This document shows positions 8,902 to 14,966 of a stretch of 20,000 nucleotides of DNA, in pieces. The notes beneath the pieces were generated by a model. The model worked only from the letters and a program-made list of their open reading frames with translations. It was not told the origin of the DNA and made no database searches. The first letter of the stretch is position 1; the number at the start of each line of letters is the position of its first letter. Both the position numbers and the translations under genes were made by a program. Source of the DNA: an uncultured virus (IMG/VR IMGVR_UViG_3300027780_000008) (lineage: Duplodnaviria; Heunggongvirae; Uroviricota; Caudoviricetes). The stretch lies in IMG/VR virus record IMGVR_UViG_3300027780_000008, one strand, 5' to 3'.

Positions 8902-8911
8902 TTATTTATTC
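8902..8911 (-). promoter_or_regulatory. Putative late-type promoter motif GAATAAATAA upstream of nrdB
   Basis: Identical 10-mer at 19226-19235; related copies at 13889-13898, 17860-17869 and 63-72. Resembles the T4 late promoter TATAAATA. Confidence 0.4.
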
Positions 8912-8929
8912 TAGTTAAGACATTAGATT

Positions 8930-10345
8930 TTAAACTTTATCGGTATTTTTTAACTCTTGTTCTAAATCATATGCTTTTTGTTGTAACCTAAACGACTCTT
9001 TCTTATATTCTTTTCTTTGACTATATAGTCTACTTAATACATCTTTCAGTATTGATCTCTCTGTACTATAAACAGCACCTGTTACAGATACAATTCTATC
9101 ATCACCTATTTCCTTTTCTCTATTCTCTGGTTTTACCTTTTTAATAAAACTTTCTGGTGATACATTTAATTGTCTCATAATTGAAGGATATAGAGAAGCA
9201 AAATCAAAAGCAGCTACAGCATTATGCATTCCCGTTTTTGGTTCTTTTACAAAAGCTCCTTCAAATCCTTCTCTTTTTGCAGGTCTTGCTTTTGGATCTT
9301 TTGCCATTACTAGATCTCTAGTTAAAAATTCTTTAGCTAATAGTGCTTCTGTAATTGCAACTGGTGATGCAGCTTTGAATATACTTATTTCTGTCATATG
9401 AGCAATTGTTAAAGCAATTTCCATTGTCTTAATCTTTTCATGAATTAAATAAACTAAAGCAGTATCTACAACATTATAAAATATGTACTTAGGATAATCT
9501 TTTTCAAACATATCTTGTATAGTACCTTCATATTTAATTTTACGAATTCCTACAACTGCCTCACCTACAGTATCTAATTTTAAATCTTCTTTAATATCAA
9601 CCGTCCTATCCCATTTTGCATAAATATCTAAATAATCCATTACACCTACATGGCATGGAAATTCATGCTTTCCAAAAGTTCTTCCAATAGGTGATGATAT
9701 AGAAGGATCAATACCTAATTTTTTACATCTATTAATAATATACTGCCAATCAAATTGAATATAATTCCAACCTGTCATCATTGAGAATTTTTTAACAAAA
9801 GTATCTAAGAAAGTATACAACATGTCATATTCATTATCAAAGCATTTAAAGATAAATGAAAATTCTTCACCTATTGCTTTAAAGTGTTCATCAATTTGTT
9901 TTTGTATTTTTAATTGTATTTTCTTTTCTAAATTTTTAGTAGCTAAAACAATACATTGTTTTTCTGGAGTTACAATACAGATTGCAGTTACTGGATTTGG
10001 TGCTTTACTTGGCTCTGGGAATGAATCAGTTACTTCTACTTCAATATCAACAAAGAATGTTCTTGGAAAGTTATAACCAAATATTAATTCTCTGTCTGAA
10101 AAGGATAATTGTTCCATGTATTCTAGAACTCTATACTTATTCAGCCATCTAGATTTTACCTTTTTAACAGGGCGGCCATCCCAGTTTTTAATTTTAGAAT
10201 CTGCCTTAGTATCGCGATCATCGCATACTTCCCAGTTAAACATATCTTCTGGTTGAAGATCATAAGTTTTAAATCTAGTTTTTCCGTCAAGATTAAAATA
10301 AGATACCCATAATTGACGATCTTCTTGTGTTATATCTAATAGCAT
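8930..10345 (-). CDS. Family B DNA polymerase, N-terminal half of a split enzyme (3'-5' exonuclease, motif A, first fingers helix)
   Basis: ExoI FVDIEVE, ExoII GWNYIQFDWQY, ExoIII YNVVD, FEGAFVKEP, motif A AFDFASLYPSI, then LYSQRKEYKK and a helical tail. Motif B (KxxxNSxYG) and motif C (YGDTDS) are absent. Confidence 0.88.
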   Translation of the reverse strand: MLLDITQEDRQLWVSYFNLDGKTRFKTYDLQPEDMFNWEVCDDRDTKADSKIKNWDGRPVKKVKSRWLNKYRVLEYMEQLSFSDRELIFGYNFPRTFFVDIEVEVTDSFPEPSKAPNPVTAICIVTPEKQCIVLATKNLEKKIQLKIQKQIDEHFKAIGEEFSFIFKCFDNEYDMLYTFLDTFVKKFSMMTGWNYIQFDWQYIINRCKKLGIDPSISSPIGRTFGKHEFPCHVGVMDYLDIYAKWDRTVDIKEDLKLDTVGEAVVGIRKIKYEGTIQDMFEKDYPKYIFYNVVDTALVYLIHEKIKTMEIALTIAHMTEISIFKAASPVAITEALLAKEFLTRDLVMAKDPKARPAKREGFEGAFVKEPKTGMHNAVAAFDFASLYPSIMRQLNVSPESFIKKVKPENREKEIGDDRIVSVTGAVYSTERSILKDVLSRLYSQRKEYKKESFRLQQKAYDLEQELKNTDKV

Positions 10346-10355
10346 ATTTTATTTT

Positions 10356-10382
10356 TTATAGGTATATAATTAATAATTGTTT
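10356..10382 (-). promoter_or_regulatory. Putative promoter AAAC-N18-TATAA upstream of polB
   Basis: Minus strand AAAC AATTATTAATTATATACC TATAA; same spacing as the sites at 10883-10909 and 13181-13207. Confidence 0.45.
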
Positions 10383-10864
10383 TCTTGCCTGTTCCAATTC
10401 TCTTCATTCTTTGAAAGATAATAATTATAGAATTCTTTAGGTGTAACCCCAACCGCTAAACCTGCATTAAATACGAAATGCATTACATCAATAAATTCCA
10501 TTTTTAATTCTTTTAAATCACCTGGTGTTAAATCAGAAAGTTTTTGTTTCCTTATCTCAGGATTTTTAGATTTCCAAGGTTTCCATGCAGCATTACCAGC
10601 ACCATCTTCGATACCTCCAACGGCATCTACCATCTCATGTAGTTCATCGATTATTGCATGATTAGTAACCATTAAAAAATCTATAACATCACCTATACTG
10701 AATTCTGAAAAAGGTTTCTTTCCTTGCTTCTCAAAATACATACTTTGTGTTTTTTGTTGAAGATTATATAAATCCTCTAGAGAATTTTCAGTAATATCAT
10801 AAAGTTTTTCTGAGTAATAATCTCTTACCTCGAGATCTTTACATTTGTTATCAGTATTTGCCAT
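10370..10864 (-). CDS. Dimeric all-alpha dCTP/dUTP pyrophosphatase, T4 gp56-like
   Basis: DELHEMVD, AAWKPWK, LKMEFIDVMHF and YYLSKNEENWNRQENNY match the gp56/dimeric dUTPase motifs (ExxE, WKxWK, ExxD, KNxxNxxRQ). Confidence 0.85.
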   Translation of the reverse strand: MANTDNKCKDLEVRDYYSEKLYDITENSLEDLYNLQQKTQSMYFEKQGKKPFSEFSIGDVIDFLMVTNHAIIDELHEMVDAVGGIEDGAGNAAWKPWKSKNPEIRKQKLSDLTPGDLKELKMEFIDVMHFVFNAGLAVGVTPKEFYNYYLSKNEENWNRQENNY

Positions 10865-10882
10865 ATAAATTTTTATTTATTT

Positions 10883-10909
10883 TTATATAGCTAAAAAGCT
10901 TTTTTGTTT
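10883..10909 (-). promoter_or_regulatory. Putative promoter AAAC-N16-TATATAA upstream of the dNTPase
   Basis: Minus strand AAAC AAAAAAGCTTTTTAGC TATATAA; the spacer contains the palindrome AAAAAGCTTTTT (10893-10904). Confidence 0.55.
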
Positions 10910-11748
10910 TACTTTTTAATTAGGTTGTTTTCAATCATTTTTAAATAACTGTTATACCACTTTGGATCAAACCAAAACCTTCTTCCGTTTTTATCCTTGC
11001 ACCATGCCATAGCTGAATTGTTATAGCATTTTATAAACTTTTCAATTTTTTCTTTATCAGTCTTAAATGGGTTTTCCCAATCTTTTAATTGCCCACCACC
11101 TAATGCATATGCCTTTCTTGGAATCTCAGTACATAGATCTATTAACTCAGGGCAGTTATCAATAACTTCTCTTGCATTAATAAAAGGATTAACTTGAGGA
11201 AGTCTATATAATATCTCAGCTCTAAGATAATTACCTATACCATTAAAATATTGTTGATTCATTAAAATTTCATGAATAGGGCGATCAAATGCTCTTTTAT
11301 CTAAGTGTTTATATATATTGTATTTAAATTCATCAACCTCTGTGGTAGGGTCTGGTCCTCTGTTAGCACTCCATGTTTCACCTGATTTCCATTTACCAAA
11401 TCTTCTAACATCTACAAAAGATAATGTAGTCCCATCCTTTCTGTGAAATTTTAAATGAGCATGCTTTGATTCTTGGCCAGAATTAGTTAATTCAAAATGA
11501 CCACTCATTCCCATTGACATCCTAAGAGGTGTAATTGTATCACCTTCTTTAATGTATAAGATTAATTCTTTTCCTCTACTCTCCGCAGATAAACTGAAAT
11601 AACCTTTTGGGCTTTTAGGTGTTATGCAATGAGTTCCTTTATGAGCTGGGTTTTTTTCAATTGTTGTATAATGAATTCCTGGTCCTTCACCGTGACTACA
11701 TTTATTAATATAATCTGCTGTTAATCTAAGTTCTGCTAATTCTGGCAT
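10909..11748 (-). CDS. Fpg/Nei-family DNA glycosylase/AP lyase, NEIL1-like (zincless finger)
   Basis: N-terminal MPE catalytic motif, SRGKEL, GMSG, HAHLKF, FVDVRRFGKW, RGP, AFDRPI, H2TH FNGIGNYLRAEILYR, C-terminal KCY...DKNGRRFWF without a four-Cys zinc finger. Confidence 0.9.
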   Translation of the reverse strand: MPELAELRLTADYINKCSHGEGPGIHYTTIEKNPAHKGTHCITPKSPKGYFSLSAESRGKELILYIKEGDTITPLRMSMGMSGHFELTNSGQESKHAHLKFHRKDGTTLSFVDVRRFGKWKSGETWSANRGPDPTTEVDEFKYNIYKHLDKRAFDRPIHEILMNQQYFNGIGNYLRAEILYRLPQVNPFINAREVIDNCPELIDLCTEIPRKAYALGGGQLKDWENPFKTDKEKIEKFIKCYNNSAMAWCKDKNGRRFWFDPKWYNSYLKMIENNLIKK

Positions 11749-11751
11749 ATG

Positions 11752-12264
11752 TTAATTATTAAATCCTTTTATATGGATATTTAGGTTTGTTAAAAGTTCA
11801 GGTGTTCTTATCCCACTACGATTAATACTATCAAGTATTTTTTGCTCAGATTTTAAAATCCATGCTATCTTAAAATTATCTACTAGTATTTTATAGATAG
11901 GTAATACAAGATCTAGATCATCTAGTCCATAAAGCTTTTTTGCTATTTGAGATATAGGAATAATATGTTCTAAATGAAATATACCATTTTTTCTACCAAT
12001 ATCTTTTAAACCGCTTTTATTTGTTTGTTCTCTCCATGTAATCCACTTTAGCTTTTCTTCAGGATCATTTATATCTAGTTTAATAGCTTCTTGTAGAGCG
12101 GCGCTCGAGTACATATAAGGGAGTCCTAATTCTTTAGGGGTATTACTATAAAACCTGATAAGTCTTGTTACAGTGTACTTAATCTCTTTGTCATCAGGAT
12201 TATCTTTAAGCCATTTCAATAAAGGTTGTAATGTTTTTGCGTATAAAATTATTTTTTGAATCAT
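11752..12264 (-). CDS. Hypothetical protein with an HNH-like EHIIP motif
   Basis: 170-aa ORF tightly packed between its neighbours (1-3 bp gaps). FHLEHIIP resembles the first His strand of His-Me finger nucleases, but the canonical later Asn/His residues are not evident. The CDS call is firm; the function is weak. Confidence 0.6.
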   Translation of the reverse strand: MIQKIILYAKTLQPLLKWLKDNPDDKEIKYTVTRLIRFYSNTPKELGLPYMYSSAALQEAIKLDINDPEEKLKWITWREQTNKSGLKDIGRKNGIFHLEHIIPISQIAKKLYGLDDLDLVLPIYKILVDNFKIAWILKSEQKILDSINRSGIRTPELLTNLNIHIKGFNN

Positions 12265-12265
12265 A

Positions 12266-12832
12266 TTAACCTTTCATAATTTTAATTGCATTACGAATAG
12301 TTCCGTTTACTGATTGAACTGTAATTTTTAATTGTTTTGCAATTTCAATAGTTTTCATTTCATTACAACCAATACCAAATTTCATTTTAATAATTTCTTG
12401 TTGTCTTGGTTTAAGTTTACCCATTAAGTTTTCTATCTTATATTTTAAATGAGATTCTTCATGTATAGTTTCAATCTCAGATTCATAAGTACCTTGATAG
12501 GTTGCATCTAAAACAGATACCTTAGGTCCTATATCAGGTAGATGTGTTTTATGAGCAGGTATTCTAATCGTTCTACTTTTATTATTTAATGCTTGTCTGA
12601 TTGTTGCTTTAATCCATAATGCAGCATATGAAGAAAACTTAGCTTCTAATTTAGGATTAAATTTATCTCTTGCTTTACATAATCCGATTGTACCTTCGTG
12701 GATTAAGTCTTCTAATGAAATACCCATACCTTGATATTTTTTAGCAAGATGTACAACTAATCTCATATTAGATAATACAGGATCAGATGAATTAATGTTT
12801 TTTGAAATGTCTTTGTAAAGTAATGTGTTCAT
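12266..12832 (-). CDS. Phage-encoded sigma-70 family factor (regions 2 and 4; region 3 largely deleted)
   Basis: SNMRLVVHLAKKY, DLIHEGTIGLCKARDKF, KFSSYAALWIKATI, RTIRIP, then region 4 LKPRQQEIIKMKFGI...TIEIAKQLKIT. Confidence 0.88.
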   Translation of the reverse strand: MNTLLYKDISKNINSSDPVLSNMRLVVHLAKKYQGMGISLEDLIHEGTIGLCKARDKFNPKLEAKFSSYAALWIKATIRQALNNKSRTIRIPAHKTHLPDIGPKVSVLDATYQGTYESEIETIHEESHLKYKIENLMGKLKPRQQEIIKMKFGIGCNEMKTIEIAKQLKITVQSVNGTIRNAIKIMKG

Positions 12833-12868
12833 ATAGTTTCCGTTTTAGTTTGTTATTTAATTATAATA

Positions 12869-12876
12869 TAAATATA
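12869..12876 (-). promoter_or_regulatory. Possible host (Bacteroidota)-type -7 promoter element TATATTTA upstream of the sigma gene
   Basis: One mismatch to the Bacteroidota TAnnTTTG -7 consensus, in a 130-bp intergenic gap; no clean TTTG -33 element at canonical spacing. Confidence 0.3.
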
Positions 12877-12962
12877 ATCAATTTATAACGATTCCGGCCA
12901 TAAAACTATAACTTTTTTCCAAAAGCACTCATTTTTTCTTAAATTGTTAATAACTTTCACTA

Positions 12963-13166
12963 TTATCCAATAAGATCAATGATTTTACGATTGTTTACTA
13001 TCTTTTCTCTGTTATTTAAAAACCATTCAAGATCTGAAAGGTTTGGATCTCCGATTAAACCAGTTTCTTTTTTAATGTTTGCTAGCTCTTTACGGATTTT
13101 TGATCTGCGTGTAGAAATCTGCAGCTCTTCTTGTTGGTCAAAATATTTACTTATGGAATCACTCAT
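12963..13166 (-). CDS. Hypothetical protein (67 aa)
   Basis: Same strand as neighbours, preceded by an AAAC-N18-TATAA motif, ends in tandem stops TAA TAG TGA. Confidence 0.7.
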   Translation of the reverse strand: MSDSISKYFDQQEELQISTRRSKIRKELANIKKETGLIGDPNLSDLEWFLNNREKIVNNRKIIDLIG

Positions 13167-13180
13167 AGATTGATTTATTA

Positions 13181-13207
13181 TTATATAGCAAATAAATCAA
13201 TTAGTTT
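13181..13207 (-). promoter_or_regulatory. Putative promoter AAAC-N16-TATATAA overlapped by an 11-bp inverted repeat
   Basis: Minus strand AAAC TAATTGATTTATTTGC TATATAA. Inverted repeat arms ATTGATTTATT (13169-13179) and AATAAATCAAT (13191-13201) flank the TATATAA. Confidence 0.55.
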
Positions 13208-13224
13208 AATAAAAATTAGAGTTT

Positions 13225-13575
13225 TTAGAAGTCACTTAAGTTTTGCTCGTCTACTTCTTCTTGGATATCTTTTGAAGTTTCGGCAATTTTAAAATCAATA
13301 CCACCTTGCCATCTTTTAACTTCTTCCCCATCTTTAAAAAGAATAAGAGTAGGTACTACTACAATTTTATGTTTTGCTTGTATTTTAGGACTAGTTGTTA
13401 TATCTACTTTAACAAGGCTGCATTCTTCAACCTCTCCTAACCACTTAACTTCATTAGCAGAATTCCATCCTGCATTAAAATGAGCTAATACTATACCGTC
13501 ACTTATCTTTTGAGCAAATATATTATTGCTTAAAAACAAGATACTAATAAACGTTATTAATTTAGCTAATTTCAT
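13225..13575 (-). CDS. Secreted thioredoxin-fold protein lacking CxxC
   Basis: Signal peptide (NNIFA/Q). LAHFNAGWNSAN replaces the usual VDFWAxWCGPC; LVKVDI, HKIVVVPTLILFKDGEEVKRWQG (cis-Pro region) are conserved. Confidence 0.8.
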   Translation of the reverse strand: MKLAKLITFISILFLSNNIFAQKISDGIVLAHFNAGWNSANEVKWLGEVEECSLVKVDITTSPKIQAKHKIVVVPTLILFKDGEEVKRWQGGIDFKIAETSKDIQEEVDEQNLSDF

Positions 13576-13578
13576 AAA

Positions 13579-13863
13579 TTATCTTAGTTTGTCTAGTTTC
13601 TCTTCCATTCTAATTAAACGATCTTTTAATTCTTTTACATCTTCCTGTGTTGACATAATAGTTTGTCTAATTAATTGATCCTTCATATCATATTCCATTC
13701 TTGTTACATCTGGAGGTAATGGTGCAGGTAATTGTTTAGCTTCTTCTATATCAGCCTGTAGTATAAACCACATACTTATTATTGTAGCCATCACAAACCC
13801 AATACCTACTAAAGTTTTAATACTTATCTTAAAACTTGTATCTTCGTTTAGTTGAGTAGCCAT
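13579..13863 (-). CDS. Single-pass membrane protein with C-terminal coiled coil
   Basis: Hydrophobic TLVGIGFVMATIISMWFIL, Pro-rich linker LPAPLPPD, heptad tail TQEDVKELKDRLIRMEEKLDKLR. Confidence 0.75.
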   Translation of the reverse strand: MATQLNEDTSFKISIKTLVGIGFVMATIISMWFILQADIEEAKQLPAPLPPDVTRMEYDMKDQLIRQTIMSTQEDVKELKDRLIRMEEKLDKLR

Positions 13864-13888
13864 TGATTAATTGAATTTATAATTTTTA

Positions 13889-13898
13889 TTATTTATTA
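13889..13898 (-). promoter_or_regulatory. Putative late-type promoter motif TAATAAATAA
   Basis: Shares the longer string ATAAATAATAAAAAT with the site upstream of the 958-aa gene; overlaps the stop of the barrel gene. Confidence 0.35.
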
Positions 13899-14966
13899 AA
13901 GTATGATATAGTTTATTCCTACAGAAAAGTTGTGCCAGTTTCTATTCCAGTATTTATTATACTTTCCTTCTAGGAACAGTCCTAAATTCTTATTTAGTTT
14001 ATAACCTAATATTAATCCTCCTGAATAATCTACCCATTGACCTCCACTAAATTTATGGTAATTATAAACAGATCCAGTCTTTATATGATATGGCATAATG
14101 TTACCCCATGAATGAAGCCAAAAAGATTTAGTATAATGATAATAATCAAATCCTAAAATAAATGAATATTCAAATTGAGATGATATTTGATCTCTTTTTC
14201 TTTCTGTATAATTTGCCAATACTTGTGGAATAACTACGGCTTCCCAAACATCTGTGCTAGTTGCAACCACGGCTCCTTGTGGATTAGAATAAGTTATATT
14301 ATTAGGATCTGTAAAATCTACATTGTAACCTTCTTGTATAGCTAAAAAAGTATAATGTAAATTACCATTACTTAATAACCATTCTTCTAGTGGATCATAA
14401 CCATAAGGTTCAGATAATCTCTGTACTGCTCCTGCATTTAAAGAAAACTTATTATTGAATTTATGCCTATATCTTTGTGATGCTTCAAAATATTCTATAT
14501 CTGCAAAACCATCTTGTAAGTATTCAACTTTAGAAATCCAATTGTCAGCTACATATCTTAGAAAGTGATGTTGGTTTAAAAAGCTTTCTCCTTGTTGTCT
14601 TTTCCAATCCGCCTCAAATAAAAATTCAAATCCTGAAATCTTACCAATATTAGATGCATCTGAATATGATTTTTCTGTTCCATCATAAAATACATCTGCT
14701 CGGTTTTCATAACCAAATCTTGCAATTTTTCTGACACCTAAGGCAATAGAATAATCATAAGGAGTTTCTACAGTTCCTGTCTCTAAACCATTAGTAACAG
14801 AATATACATCTACATCCGAAATTGAATTACCTCCATTTATTGCACCATAGAATGTTGAATATTTAAAAGTTCTTTTTAGAGCTTTAGAAAATTCTGATTT
14901 TTCTTTAGTTTGACCAAATGAAAATAATGGTGTTAATATAAGTAATAGTATTAATAACTTTTTCAT
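13896..14966 (-). CDS. Putative outer-membrane beta-barrel protein
   Basis: Signal peptide (LFSFG/Q). Aromatic-rich alternating strands (YSIALGVRK, FEFLFEADW, FSLNAGAVQR, YSFILGFDYY, YSGGLILGYK, LGLFLEGKY) and a terminal strand NFSVGINY. Confidence 0.65.
   Translation of the reverse strand: MKKLLILLLILTPLFSFGQTKEKSEFSKALKRTFKYSTFYGAINGGNSISDVDVYSVTNGLETGTVETPYDYSIALGVRKIARFGYENRADVFYDGTEKSYSDASNIGKISGFEFLFEADWKRQQGESFLNQHHFLRYVADNWISKVEYLQDGFADIEYFEASQRYRHKFNNKFSLNAGAVQRLSEPYGYDPLEEWLLSNGNLHYTFLAIQEGYNVDFTDPNNITYSNPQGAVVATSTDVWEAVVIPQVLANYTERKRDQISSQFEYSFILGFDYYHYTKSFWLHSWGNIMPYHIKTGSVYNYHKFSGGQWVDYSGGLILGYKLNKNLGLFLEGKYNKYWNRNWHNFSVGINYIIL

Noticed and set aside
8829..8932. Intron, intein or frameshift rescuing the truncated polB
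   Set aside because: Only 100 bp separate it from nrdB, with stops and no motif B/C coding, no intein block A and no room for a group I intron.
12945..12954. DnaA-box-like TGTTAATAAC upstream of the sigma gene
   Set aside because: Single degenerate copy in AT-rich DNA, with no cluster.
12833..12962. tRNA or other known structured RNA in the larger intergenic gaps
   Set aside because: No cloverleaf, T-loop (GTTCRA) with matching stems, or GC-rich structured segment was seen here or at 17843-18020.
144..13173. Plus-strand ORFs in the track (144-335, 1574-1861, 4385-4636, 7277-7465, 8216-8527, 8794-8991, 9822-10076, 12979-13173)
   Set aside because: All are antisense shadows of well-supported minus-strand genes, with no recognisable motifs.
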